From positions 41,540,001 through 41,604,000 of the forward strand of contig OZ320315.1 of assembly GCA_976226885.1 (NCBI GenBank): a stretch of 64,000 nucleotides of DNA. The letters are read 5' to 3'. How positions within the stretch are numbered: position 1 is the stretch's first letter; each line of letters starts with the position of its first letter. Made by a program: the position numbers and the translations under genes. The notes beneath the pieces are model-generated. The model was given only the letters and a program-made list of their open reading frames with translations. It did not search any database and was not told the DNA's origin. Origin of the DNA: Iphione sp. A-MEVVRFRX5 (taxonomy: Eukaryota). Below, in pieces: positions 14,301 through 28,156 of this stretch.

Positions 14301-16877
14301 CGCCATGTTATATATAATGACATGAGAACCATGCCAGATCTAAACAATGTGACAGAATAGATAAACAAACATTTTATCAATACGGTTTCTTTAATGCATG
14401 TAACTATAATAGCTGTGAATCACGAGAAAGAAAAGAAATCTAAAATACACTGTATATACCGCATAAGCTCATAAACAATGGATTCTACCCGTCGTTTTTT
14501 TAGCCAACGCCAGTCTGGCTTTGGTTGCTGAATGAAAAGGACCCAACGCCACCGTGTGTTCTGGACTATACGAGGAGCAACTGAGAAATACGAGAAGGCA
14601 TGTGATCTCCTTGGCAAAACGAGTCACTCGGCCGATGTTTGGCTCATGGGTCGGGAATGTCGCACACGGTGGGGCCGACCCCATTTCAACCACCCAGCTT
14701 CTTGAAGATGTTCTCACGGGTTGCTGCATACTTTTCGTGCCTATTGCATAACGGTAAAATGGACGTGCGGTTTCAAAATTCATTGAAAATTGCGCTTAAA
14801 GGGGACTGCACCAGATGGTTAGAGGCGACATTATATTCAACTATATACATGTAATTACCGCAAACATTAAACAGATCACGCCCTATGTCAACTTTCACCG
14901 TGCACAGACACCATTCGGCTGACGCGAGTGCATATTTCATATGTCGTGTATGTGACAATGTAAACCAGACGAGATTATATTGTGATCCAGTAGTGAGTCA
15001 CTTAAAGCCTACTCTGATCGAACCACTCAACGACATCCGCATGTACGTGTGATTTTCATTTATCACATCCACATCATGCCAACAACAAAGTTTCCACTTA
15101 CATCTGACGCGAGTGCCCTTTTGATGATAAAATGCCTGTGGTTATATCACGCTGACACGATAACACTTCAATTGTAATCAATTTAGGAGCAGACACCCTC
15201 TAATAGGCAGTTGTGTCGCCAACAACGCCATTCACTGTAATCTATACGTCTACGTAAACATTTTAAGTGTACATGTATATATATATATATGACAACTTAA
15301 TGCTGTATATTACTTTTTGGCATAGTGTCTACAAAAATTCGTGCTTCTGCATTAAAGCCGTGACTAATGTAATTAGTGGATTCGTTGAGGCAACAGTACG
15401 ACCAAGTCCCGTGAGCGGGGCAAAGTTCGCATCAGGTGCGTGTATATGTACATCAAGGGGGTTTAATTAATGAGGTTACTGTCTCTCATCAGAGGCTAAT
15501 GAGGGAATGAAGTGAGTGGCGGAAGGTAAGGACCAGACAGGTTTGGGTGAAAGGTTGTTATTAGGGATACATGTAAGCCTATACATGTATATCGATACAG
15601 ATAGTTTAACTAACGACAAAATGAAGATCATTCAATCTTGCTTCTGGGTGGTCTTACCATGCAGAAGGGGCCCTGAGGACGACAAGCTCGGGAGTCAACA
15701 CCTCTGGTCATTTGCCAATTGAAATTCACCAAAGCCCTCCGTTTGTGTGTGTGTTGGGGGGGGGGGAGGGGCAGCAGCACTAGCTGTTTCAAGCCGTGTC
15801 CGTGCAAGTTGTTTCATGCATCGCTGAAAGAATGAATTTCATAAATGCTATTTGGTCTCTCTCTTTTCAGCGACCTTTCGCATTTTCCTAATCCATCACG
15901 GATGCGATTATTTAAAGCTCTTACAAACAGGTACATGTATAGGTAAATAACATATACAAGACTTGTTCATGTAGCTGGGTGTAAACCAATCTTGCAGTGT
16001 CAGGGCAGTCACGCACCCCAAGAGATAGCCTGAGATAACTGCGTAGACCTGTGCACTCCCTTCATGACATGGTGCTATATAACACTTCTTGCTTTCCTCT
16101 TTATTAACCTTTGCCTTCTCTGCTAAGGCAGCCCCAAAACACCTGGTGATAAGATCGGGTGAATACGAGAATAACATCCACAAGTGAAGTCTACTAAAAA
16201 GGAGGCCTTTGTTTAGTCTACGAGTCGACCCGGACGATACAACAATGGTTCCTTTTTCAGACCTGAAACTGATTTACATGTACTTGTACAAATATCGCAT
16301 CAGTTGATTTCTTCCAATTATGTACAATGTGGCCTGAACTAGCTGTACATTGAGGATCAAATGCATAGATAACATTAGCCTTGCTATTTCAGAATCAATA
16401 TTCACAGTAATTGATAAAAACAAAAATATCGTGCAAGACCAGTTCTACAACTAGAAATACCCAGACACTCGACCGCTCCCGCCACAGCTTGGTGTGTTGT
16501 GCTGAGGTTGACTCCTTTGTTGACAGATACTGACCAGAGTCAGTTAACGTGATATCCATGCGAATGGCCAATGCTAGCCCGGCTGTTGCCCGCCCATGCT
16601 ATACCCACGCCCACGTACATGCCACAGAGGATACCTCCAGCAACCCGCGCCAAGTTATATCTATCTATATATCCACCTGCCACAACACACCCACGGAGAT
16701 GGTGTAACCAACCTACCTCCGTTTCTCTATCCTGTTGCCAAACTGAAGATTTACATGCATGTTATTTACATGTATACGTAAAAGCCAACACTTATGATGT
16801 TCATTCATATGTAATATACATGCATATGTGCAAAATGTATACATGCATACACGTACATGCATATTTGCATAGGGCAC

Positions 16878-17086
16878 TTGAAGTTTAGGGGCCGATTCGT
16901 ATGTTCTTATTGTGGGGGGTGGGATACCCCCAGACCCCCCCCCCCCCCCCCTTGTACATTAGGATCTTACCTTACTGTGGGAGTAGAACCCCCCACCACC
17001 AACACCCCCTTGTGCATAGGATCTTAACTTATTGTGAAAATAGGAGTCATTTTAGGTGAAAATCGAAAGGGGCCCCTAAACTTCAA
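16878..17086. repeat. Short inverted-repeat-bounded element (MITE-like)
   Basis: Perfect 16-bp inverted repeat ttgaagtttaggggcc (16878-16893) / ggcccctaaacttcaa (17071-17086). No clear TSD. Confidence 0.4.
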
Positions 17087-20000
17087 TCTATCCATACAGA
17101 TATATTTATCAAACCATCATGTTATCTATCATTTGTTCACTTTTACCCATGTGGAAAAGGTTTCTGTGGTATATTATACAACTAACATCTATCAGCTCCT
17201 TTTTGCCAGACTGACGGCTCGGTGACATCTCCATAAACAGCTACAAACAGAGCAGTCGGTTAAGTCCACGAGTGGGCTATATACAGACAATCTCTGTAAA
17301 GAAATCTGACACGAACAGACCACCATCTGTAATATTCAAGAAAAGGAAGAAAGCAAAAAGAGCACACCCTAGCGTTGTTTTGGGTCGTTCACTGCAGGGG
17401 ACAGAGCCCCAGAGGGAAAACTACTTGATCGTAATGGTTCCTAGCGGATAGTGTCGACACCATGTTGATCCACAATAACACTACTGCATTAACAGGTTAG
17501 GAAACCAGTTAACTTAGAAATGGCTTGTCTATTTGTCTCACTTTTATCACTTCTGTCCCACATCAACAATCCCCTTTTATATTGTTCAATTACCATAGGT
17601 TCGTCAATGTTTTAGTTACAATTTCCATTATGAACAGTAAGGTTTCTCAGGATAACGTTCAAACTAGTTTATTATATGCAAACAGTATTTTGATGTAGAG
17701 CATTGACGAATTTTCTTCCTCCCGAGAGGCTCAGAAATGGGCGTCTGTAGGTAGAATGACACGGGCTTAAGAAGCTAGAAGCAACCACGTGTGCAAATAT
17801 TTGATGCCCGTCGTCAAGTCCATAAGAAAAGTTGTCTTTTTTCTATACTGCTCTGCAAACCTACTTGTAAGGTCTGGGGAATGGAGTTGAAGAGTACAGT
17901 AACTACATTGTCTTGGCAGTGACAACAGATATGACTGCATCGAAGAACAGAATGCCAGTGTAACAAAAAGTGCTGTGATATCTGGCATGTGTTAGGACAC
18001 AGATGAACTATTCTTTTTTTCTATATTTCTCTCTCAACAATCTCCCTATTGCATAATGTTATATATCTAAAACAATGTGCCGTCAATACAAGTTCATATC
18101 AAAAGACAGGTCCATCTATATGTTATTTAACAGGGAACATGGAATTCGCAGTACATGTATACTTATACGTGTACCTGTGCATGTATCGACGTCGCATACT
18201 CAGCAGCCTGAAAAAGGGATCTTTGAAAAGGACCTGAATTAATTTGACCACCTTGTGTACATACTAATACCTGTAGATTGAGCGATTACATGTCAGATAG
18301 GTACCTTTCTCGTGAGCAAGGAAGTCAAACACACCTCTCAAACTATGCATCCCCCATGAACGCTCCGTCCATGCGTCTCACGGTTTTCGAGGGCGCCACA
18401 CACCACCACCGATTGAAGAACACGTCATACCCGTCGACGATAAATACTATTTATCCAGGATAACATCGGGATTAGCCTTCTCTTGGCAGGGGTATTGCCT
18501 TACGATAGTCAATGTTCTGATCATGTCAACTGCCTTATCTCACTGAGTGGGCCCAACCAAACGAGTGCCGCGTCTCGTAGGTTCTCTGTGCATCAGCCGC
18601 GATCATGTGTCGATATGTCTCATTAGTCAAATAGCGCTTCCTTCGTGTCAGAAAAAAACTATCATGTCGAAATATCTGCGGTCCCTCTTATCTGTGACCT
18701 CAGACCATCCGCAAATTTCGTCTGCTCGGCTTATTCCACGATTTGGGGGAAATACTCCTCTTTGTATTAACGTTGACTATTATTGTGGTTATTAATCTAT
18801 GTGGACAGCCTGTGATAATTAGCCACTGTTAAATATACCGGCGCTCTCTCTCTCTCCAATTAGGCAATAAACATAATCGAGGTCTTCGCATGCAATCGGC
18901 CCTGTACAACCCCAAAGCAAACATTCTTACATGCGTGATATATGGGGGTGCAACAACGTTACGTTAAGCACGAACGACAGTAAAACTCTTGTAATGAAAA
19001 TGCTTCCGACATGCAAAGAGGCCTTTTAACATACTGGAGTATATACATTTATTATACTCTTGTGCAAGTACAGGGTATATGTTTTGGATATGTATCACGG
19101 GTGCAATAAACACAAGTGTATTGCACATCGTGCAATACACATATACTTGCACATGTCATACTCACTGTATAATAAACAGGTTGGTATAATAAAAAAAAAC
19201 CAAGTTTGGGTGCTAATTAAAATGGCAGACTTGTTGAGTATGGAAATATTTTTTTAACATATCCTGCGAGCTTGTTCAAAAAATATTTCCATACTCAACT
19301 CATACGGTTGTTTGCTTTGGCACTCAAACTACATATTCTCTTAATACATTATAACTTTTTTCAAATTATGTCAGGCATGAAATTTGCTCCCATCAGCAAT
19401 ATAATTGTTATGCTAACCAATGGAATATGGAGGCTTATGGACTACAATGGTGGTAAGTGTAAATAGGGGAGAAGAGGCCTGCGGCCAACTAACCTTTCAA
19501 GTAAAAACAGTTGTTTTTAAGTATGCCAATGATAAGAGATTTAGTGTAAATCACAATCCTGTACATTGATAGGACAAGGTCTGTTTTGTTTGAAAAAAAA
19601 TCTTCCAAACATTTCCCTTTCCTGCTATGTTTTACGAGTACAATAAACTCAGCGTCTTTTAAAGTAGAAATGTTCCATAAAATAACCTCCTAGCATTGTC
19701 CACGAAGAACCAAACAAAAACAGCCGACTTTATTGGTTATGAACCTGCAGTGTATGAATGCTGTGAAGTTCACACATGCTGGCACCATTGTTAAATAAAG
19801 TGGTTCCGAATCGGTCTACAGGCTGAGTACAGTATATGGTCGGTCAGGGCCACATGAATCACTACTTCCCTCTCAGTTTATAAACACTTTTCTAGGGTGA
19901 AGTGAAGACGAACATGGCAAAACGGGAGGCACTTTTTAAATCTATCACTATATGAAGAGAGTGAGAACTCGTACGTGAGATAATCCATTTAAAGAATAAT

Positions 20001-22851
20001 TTCATGAATGATCAAGGTTATAGAAACATCGTCTATGCACCTAACTGTTCATCAATTAAAGTGTATATAGCAATCACGTCGCGAAGACAGCCCTTCGACT
20101 GAAAATACGTTTATACGTTCACTAATGAAAATAAGTAGCATAACTATACATTCGATAAACATTATAAGGACTTTCTTAACTTGGAACGTGTTCGCATTGT
20201 TGTTTTTACAGATATATATATATTTACATTATAGCCAGTAATGGTGTGGACTCGTACTTTATCTAATACATAAATATCTTCATACATAGTCGCAATATTT
20301 TTCGTCCGTGATACCTAGGAGACAACACGAAAACACACGGTATGGATAAAATGCAACATTACTCCATATAGGGAACTAACTTTAGACTAAAATACATGTA
20401 CTATAAGTTCCATAATACTGTGGGATCACAATATAGATACATGTACCTAAAGTGTTAATAAAAACGCATATGAATATTGCTTGGCAGAGTCCTTGCAATT
20501 ATTTGTAACACACGAGGCCCCTATCGTTAAAAAAAAACCTTTCCATGCTTGTCTCGTCACTACCCCCGTGTCCCTATAATACACAAGTCACGCATACGTG
20601 CCAATATAAGTCAAACACTCTTATTTACATCTTTATCCCACGGCAAGCATTATGATCTGATAAGATATGACGCTGCGTATCCTTTTATGAAGTAATTGTT
20701 ACACGTTTCGCCATCACTGGATCTAGGTGCTTCTATTAGCAGCTGAAGCCGGAATGATAATCTTCATGTCTTTCCATCATATTTTTCATATTTTATGAAT
20801 TAGAAAGTATGAAACTTGAAATACGATTGTCTTTGTTCGACATTCAACAGAGGTTTCCTGACAAATTTAGTACATGTAGTTACTTATACAGAATGAATTT
20901 TGTAGCTCTCAGAGCGGAAATTGCTGCATCTTGTCAATTCATGTACATGTGCAATACACAGGATATTCAAAACTTAATCCATAGGCAGATTTTATAGCAT
21001 TCATTTACCAGTATCGGAATGTGAGAGAAATAGACATCAAACCTTTGAATGTACGATGCATTGTGTACTAACATAAGAGGAAATGAGGAACAATGATCGA
21101 TGCGAGGCTAATTCAGGGCTGTCCTTGGTTGCCAGAGACGAAACAAGGAATGAAAAACCACCGGGGAGCGTGTAAGCGTTTATATGGAAGATATCAGCTC
21201 GTGCTTTAGTGTGCCTAATGTAGTGATAGGTTTGATATGACATTAGAAAACCCATCACTCATTCACAGGACATGTTTTCTCTGATATGAGAGAAAGGTTA
21301 AGTGACATGCACTATCATTGAAACAGTAGTCAACACAGATACAGGAGAGCTTTCAATTTAATGCCTTACATATTTCTGAGATATATACATGTGGCATGAA
21401 CACACGTCATGCACTTTAGTTTCTAGGTTAGCTGCTCTCAATGTGGAGCTATCAGAAGAACGAAATATTTGTCGGAACGGAATTGTAGTGGCATTACAGT
21501 GCATAGCAACATTTTAAAATGGTGGGAATATTTTCAATAACTCGGACACCAATGACATAAAACACACGTGCATGTATACACTATAGGCATGTACTGGTTT
21601 GTAATCGCACTGGTCGAGAGATCTTCCCTAGCGTCATACAGACGTCACCGTCCTGGAAATGAGAACACCTTTATGAAGTATATAAAAAAAAACCCATGTT
21701 TTTTCCCTACCTCTCCTCAGACGAGATGCACACAATGCCTCCGTCAGAATATCATGGGACTACATGTATATGGGTTGAAGTACTCCCACTGTCTACTCCT
21801 CCGTCCTTTCCTGAGATCCTAGCCGCGGGTGAATCCCAGTGCGTCTGCACGGCGTCTGAGACGCGGCGTTCGGCGCGCGCGGCTTTTATGGTGGTGGCCA
21901 GCAGACGACGAGCCGTTTTATGGCCGTGGTAGAGCTCGGTCGCGTCCTGTTTTAACTGTGTAGGTTGATAGGCAGCTGGTTTATCCACTGTAACAAACAA
22001 CCCGTACCTTCGATCGTCCCTAAACATAAAGACAACACGTATCCATTACGGGCGGCACTCGCCATGTGTAATACTGGGACCATGAGATACACGTAGTAGT
22101 CATAAATTATATCTAATACAAATGTATCATACACTCTGATGTAACTAGGCTTAACTTAATACTTTGCAATTAGTCATACTCTGAATTCACTTAATGATTC
22201 TAAAATAGTACTGAGCGACGTCTTCCTGAAAAAGTAAAAATATTAACCAAAGGGAAGTTAATAACTTTAATAAGGTGTGCAATCCAGCATCAGAGAACGT
22301 TTTGCCGCAGGTACACAGTTCATAGACAAAATTGGGTAACCTCTTTTTGTGATAGAATTAACTGCGTGTATGTTTAGCAAAGCATGTTAAGTTGGGAGGC
22401 GTATGTGCAGGGAAAAATATCGATATACACGTTTACTCAAACCACAATGCAAAGTTCTACTAACCTACTTAACTATCGATGTAAGCACAAAGGATATTTA
22501 TCTGGTCAAACTCTGATATATCTAAATGGCACTTTTTATTGGCAAAACAATGCAGAAAGGAACAAACATGGTATGGGGATCCATATACACATATTCCAGA
22601 AAAAGGTTCCTTCTACATGTATTAGGGCCGGGTTCCATACCTCTGTTGAGGTCCGACGTTTTTGATCCGTTTAGATCCGTTTCATCAATCATGTTGATTC
22701 TACTGGAGGGTGGCTTGTGCGTTTGGGTCCGTTGTTCATTAATGGTCCCTGATCGATAATTTCATGCAAATGGACACAAAATGCACAGTAGTATACCACA
22801 GATAGACTTTGGAGCTGGCATATTTCCTCTCATTTCCTCACCTTACTCACC

Positions 22852-23010
22852 TTTTCCAGTGACATTCACCAGTTTTCATACTTTTTCCAGTGAAATTCTC
22901 CAGCTTTGATACTTTTCCCAGTGAAATTCACCAGTTTTTATACTTTTTCAAGTGACATTCACCAGTTTTCATAACTATGTCCTGTGAAATTCACCAGTTT
23001 TTATACTTTT
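22852..23010. repeat. 31-bp minisatellite (~5 units)
   Basis: Unit ttttccagtgaaattcaccagttttcatact repeats with a 31-bp period. Confidence 0.8.
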
Positions 23011-23768
23011 CATCCATCTAGGGTAGATCTAATATAGATATATGATACATTTCACGCAACCTCAATGCAACCTCAGAGGCATAACGCAGCCTCACGGATA
23101 CCAACACAAGTATGAAAATCGGCCCTTAAGTAGACGTTTCCACATTAAAATAAGGACTTTTCCTGTTTGCATTGGACTTGTGTAGTCACCAGGTCTTCAC
23201 TGAGGTACTTTCCAACTTCGCCATTTGACTTTAAAAATACCACATGTACGCATATTTCCACATGAAAACAGAAGCCATAAAAAAAAAACTTTATTTCCAG
23301 TAACATGTTGAAAACTGCAGATAGGGTGGGTAGTCGGTTTTTTTTATACCATACAAATATTCCACTGAAAAGCCTATACAACATTTTCCAATAATGGAAT
23401 GACTATACTTCTCCTGCTTGGATCTTAATGAAACTTATGTCATATGAAAGCTTTTTGTCTCAACATGGATATTGTATGTGTAGCTTCATTTATTGTCAAG
23501 ATACTTGTATGTCAGTTATATAAAAAATGTTCCAGGAGGTTAACAATCAGGGTTGGTCAGGTTACTGGAAATGAAATTTTAATAGGCCTAATAGTGATGA
23601 CTATGCATGATTAAGGACCGGTTTCCATATATTCAGGTTTGTTTTACGTGTAGAGGACTGTCGAAAGATTTTTACCAATTTTTCTGGACCTCTGCGCACC
23701 TCTCCAGGGAAGTGCTTTCATAGGGTCCAAGTAGTGGCCTTCTAGCGGCCTGGTAGCCATTGTGTGTG

Positions 23769-23915
23769 TGTATGTTGAGATTGAAGCATATCAGGGGAAA
23801 TTGTGTATTTTTTCTTGGAGATTGAAGCATATTGACGGAAATTGTGTGGTTTTGAATGGAGATTAAAGCATATTGGTGGAAAATTGTGCAGATTTCATGC
23901 AAATTATATAATAAT
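23769..23915. repeat. ~40-bp minisatellite, same family as 59574-59835
   Basis: Units of ttgaagcatat..ggaaattgtg..ttttt..ggag; both arrays end in atgcaaatta..aataatt. Confidence 0.65.
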
Positions 23916-26751
23916 TAAACATGAACTAACATGTGTAGACATGATTCCTCCTCCTCTAAACTCCCATTAACCTATTTAGTACATGTCCTACTTCCTGTTG
24001 CACCTATACGCTATGTGTAACTATGATTTTTAGCTGAAAACTCTACATACTTAGTCGATCATGGCTTTTATATCAATATTACAGGATTATGATAAAGAAA
24101 TAGATGGGACCACATTTAGATGAAGTCTTGAAGTCATAATTATCCTTGTTTATTGCAAATCTTGAAGCTCTCATAGGAATATGTACTAACTCTCCTCTTA
24201 TCACACATTTTCACCTTGACATGATTGTAAAGTATGCATGTTGACACTCTACTTGGTATTAATCCAGCTACTGCAATACTAGTCCTGGCTTAGTATTCCT
24301 TAGTATAATCCCATTGGAATTGAACATGGAAACAACCCTGTAGATTGTCACAGGATCATTTTCTTCCATGCAATGCCGTCTGATATCTGGAGACAAAACC
24401 CCCACACATGGAAACTGGGCTAACAACGATTTTGCTTTAAGACTATATAGTATCAGTTGCTGTATAGTCAACATCTAAAAATTAGTCACTCATCATACCT
24501 TTTTTAAACAACAACAAATCCACGGAAATCATTGTACCCTAAAAAGGTATATCCCCGACTAGTCTAAATTAGCACAATTGTGCAGTAAAACACTTTATAA
24601 CAAAGATAGAATATGTACGCGTACATATTCAAAATAATGGTAAATGGCAAATACAGTGCAGTGGATCATGCCAGATAAAATACGGTACAGATCTGGTCAA
24701 TACAGATAGAGGATTTCTTAGTTTTTTCCCGTTTTGAGATCTTCTCTCGGGGTTTCCAGAATAAATGTGGCAACCAATCCTGCTGCTGCTATTTTCCAGA
24801 CCTAAATGATATGTACTGTTATTGATGTGCACCCACATTTATCTTAAAAGATGCCATAGGCAAAATTGGAAATATTACTCTGCTGCCTTCAAGTACGAAA
24901 TATTGCTCTCACCCTGCAGGTAACAAATGTAATGTTTAATGGATTTGTACTGGATCCAACAAATTACAAACAAAAACAGGCATGTGTTAATGACTGCTAA
25001 AGGGTGGGGTGGGGGGGGGGTGTCGTATAGCACGCTGCTTGTCGCCGACGCCCCTCCTTCACCTCTCTGGCCATCTTACCTAGCAGAGGTGCTTATGTTA
25101 TAATGTTCACCATAGCAGCTTGATCTAATAAGACTGTTCATCAAGACTGACCCGAGGCAAGAAAAGTAAGGTGGTTCGTTGAGCGTTTGAATTCTTTCTT
25201 CAATTTCATAATCAATATAGCAGGAAGAATAACCTAAACAGGAATACGTGTACTTCAAAGACGCTCTTTGTTTCATGTTTCTAGAAAAGAATGCTTCCAC
25301 AATGTTCCCCTATCTAGACCTGTTTGTCACAGATGACATGCTCAAACAAGTTGCATTTACTTGGTTGAGAGGTTTCATGATAGTGTTCCTCTGAAGTATA
25401 TTGTCCAGAACTGTGTACGGAGAATTGCAACATTATACATGTATCTGTAATTACCAGTTAGCACTTGCCGTCCTGTCAGAGATTAAACAACCAAAGTAGC
25501 GGGGGATTGCAGCATCCCTATAAATGAATAAAAAGGTCAGAATAAAATTCGGACCATGCACACATGTAAAATATCAATTACTGGTACAAGTGGAAAGCCT
25601 CTAATCAGGACACCCTTGGATGTTTCTCAAACTATCCCTTATTGAGATACATCCCTGTCAGAGACTTTCTTTGATAATTATAGGTAACGTAAAATCTGTT
25701 CTTACTTGAAGTGATCTTATTAGAGACATGCCCCTGTTGGAGATGAGTCCAAAATAATGTGGCTTTCTGGAAATTAGTTTTAATTCTCCAGAAAACTAGT
25801 CCTTCTCGATGTGATGTTAAGAAACATAGTAGTAAAGAATTGTACTGATAAACAATTATTGTGAAACGTTTTGACATCTTTTTGGTGATACATATGATGA
25901 GGTGTCTATGTTGAGGCACATCAAAATATAGAATTATTCGCCCATGCCTCTGCCAGAGTTCTTCAGGGCAGACTTATTTTTCTACACACGGACTACCGTA
26001 AATCACTTTCTGGAGAACAGCCACGGATGCAACTTTGAGTTCATATTGCTCTTTGGGAAACCTCTCCATATCTGAGCTACACTTTATTATCCTCTATGTA
26101 TTAACGCGGAGATATCCGGCCATCTGAGGTTGAAGCCGATTGCGCTAAGTGGACAAACTTTCTGTTGACAAAGTGTAAGCCCATGGGCCCCTGTTTATCT
26201 TTAGCATCTCAATTACTATCTTCCTAGAATGAATTGCGACTTAAGGCTCCTTCTCTTTTTCTTCCAATGACATCAGCAAATTGAGGAGGAGAAGGAAAAG
26301 CGTGATCTTCACTCATCCACAAATGTGAAATATGTCAAGGCATTCACATGGTCATTGATGTTAAATTTACATTGCGCTTAGCGGTCAGCTGCTTCAACAC
26401 TTCTTTAAAACACAAGCGTACATAGGCCTATTAAGAATACATTACTCTGGATATGATTAAATCTTTACAGCAACAATATTGCCAATATTTGAGCAGCCTG
26501 AAAGACGGTAATTTGGGGAGAATCTTGGGTGAACATGATAAGGGAGAGGGTGAGGGAGTTTAACAAGTAGAAGGAGAGCTGGAAAAGAAAGTGTGGAGTC
26601 AGGGAACAGAGGGCAGGATTTCCCGAGTCAAATGTTACTGTAATTCGCAGTACAGTTTCCTTGTTGTGTGCAGCTCAGGATTTTGATGTTGGTGGGTGAA
26701 ATATAGGCGTCACCTGCATATTGCTTGTGACCTGACGGTCCTGTGATCATA

Positions 26752-26860
26752 ACCATTGCTATCTTAACGCTATAAATGAGATGCAATATGTAAAAGGTAT
26801 TGGAAATAATTTTATTTTCTCACCGGAATAATTTACGAGTAAAATATGGTAGAAAAAGGC
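26752..26860 (-). repeat. Ngaro repeat B2 (3' terminal) with putative poly(A) signal
   Basis: Identical to B1; minus-strand AATAAA at 26816-26811; separated from A2 by a unique 62-bp spacer. Confidence 0.93.
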
Positions 26861-26922
26861 TCTAGGGAGATATAAAAATTGCACATTGGAATAATACATT
26901 GTAAAGGGTTGTGGCGGGTGGG

Positions 26923-27043
26923 CAGCGATCCAGGACAGCGAGTGAGGCCGGCAGCTTTTGCGCAGCCTTATATAGTCCAGGAGTAGAATATTTTTAGCTC
27001 GAGCTGACGCAATGACTGGCCATGCAAGCCTACATGCCGACAC
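26923..27043 (-). repeat. Ngaro repeat A2 (internal)
   Basis: Identical to A1; abuts B1 with a 2-nt overlap (ac), recreating the circle junction. Confidence 0.95.
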
Positions 27044-27150
27044 CATTGCTATCTTAACGCTATAAATGAGATGCAATATGTAAAAGGTATTGGAAATAAT
27101 TTTATTTTCTCACCGGAATAATTTACGAGTAAAATATGGTAGAAAAAGGC
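27042..27150 (-). repeat. Ngaro repeat B1 (internal)
   Basis: 109-bp direct repeat of 26752-26860; minus-strand AATAAA at 27106-27101. Confidence 0.95.
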
Positions 27151-27169
27151 CAAACGGTGAGAAAATAAA

Positions 27170-28156
27170 TTATGCATCTGTCAAGCTATGCGTAAGTAGG
27201 TTTGCCACCACACCACCCCTGTTCGTACGGACATAAGCATGATAGGCATTTGAAGACCAATTGCCGAAAGCTTGAATATGTCTCTCGTCACAACCTTGAT
27301 TATAGGCTACAGTAGCCCCTGTTCTTCTCAGACTGTGGAGAGAGTACATATGACATGGAAGGCCGAGGGCCCGTAATATGTCCTTAAGCGTTCTCCCTAG
27401 GGACTGCGCTGTCACGGGGCTGTTGTCCCGTGGATTGACCAGGACAGGCTGCTCTGGGTGGAACGTAGGGGAGACTTGAAGAAGTTCTCGGTAGGCGTTG
27501 ACCACACAGACATCAGGATCAGGAGCGGGCGGCAACACCACGGTGCGGACATCATCGAAGTGCTGCATTGTCTTGGCCCACCTCTGCCTGACGACGAGGG
27601 TGTTGCCTTGAATGCAGATATCGCTCCTAGTCAAGTGGCGCCGAGGATCGAACTCAGCCAGGGTCCTTGGTGCCAACTCCGACTGACGGAAGCCTGTATA
27701 AAGCAGAAACAAAACAGAAAAACGCCAAAACGGGGCCTCCGGGCGAGAGGCCCCCATGACAATGATCTGTCGAACCAGTGACAAATCCATGGGGAGTCTC
27801 CTATTAACTGAATGGTCTTTCATCCTCCTCAACGCCTGCAGCGCCAGGCCAACTTCTCTGGAGTCCAGTGCCGAGGTGTAGATCTGGTGATCCTTCAGAA
27901 ATTCACGCACGGCCGATACTGCATTCGCGACCGACGCCGGCGACCTCATATGAGACGACAGGTACCGGACGTACATGGTTGCATGCATAATCGTGGGAGA
28001 CAAGGGAGGAGCGCCACACCACCTGCAGAACGCCAAATACGTAGATGCAGCGCCCCGTCGATTAGCCAGCGTACCAGGAGCGCGAGCCGTTCGAACGAGG
28101 CTGATGGCGCCAGCCGCCAACTGCCGCAGTTCAGGATCTGGGAGGAAGCAGAGAGT
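27170..28156 (-). CDS. Ngaro tyrosine recombinase ORF3 (stop-to-stop frame; no early ATG)
   Basis: Catalytic R (TGFR), K (WAKT), HSLRR, W (GNW) and Y (HAYVR) are all intact. The track start at 28120 is TTG. The frame continues directly from the pol TGA at 28157-28159. Confidence 0.93.
   Translation of the reverse strand, partial: TLCFLPDPELRQLAAGAISLVRTARAPGTLANRRGAASTYLAFCRWCGAPPLSPTIMHATMYVRYLSSHMRSPASVANAVSAVREFLKDHQIYTSALDSREVGLALQALRRMKDHSVNRRLPMDLSLVRQIIVMGASRPEAPFWRFSVLFLLYTGFRQSELAPRTLAEFDPRRHLTRSDICIQGNTLVVRQRWAKTMQHFDDVRTVVLPPAPDPDVCVVNAYRELLQVSPTFHPEQPVLVNPRDNSPVTAQSLGRTLKDILRALGLPCHMYSLHSLRRTGATVAYNQGCDERHIQAFGNWSSNAYHAYVRTNRGGVVANLLTHSLTDA

Noticed and set aside
21700-22030. GC-rich island with a 91-aa minus-strand ORF and a donor-like AG|GTAGGG near 21709
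   Set aside because: Could be a 5' exon or promoter of the PPP1R27-like gene, but it has no homology or splice partner I can support.
22852-23010. Regularly spaced ~31-52 bp repeats (also 7.0, 43.0 and 59.6 kb) superficially like CRISPR arrays
   Set aside because: Head-to-tail tandem units with no unique spacers and no cas genes, in a spliceosomal eukaryotic context.
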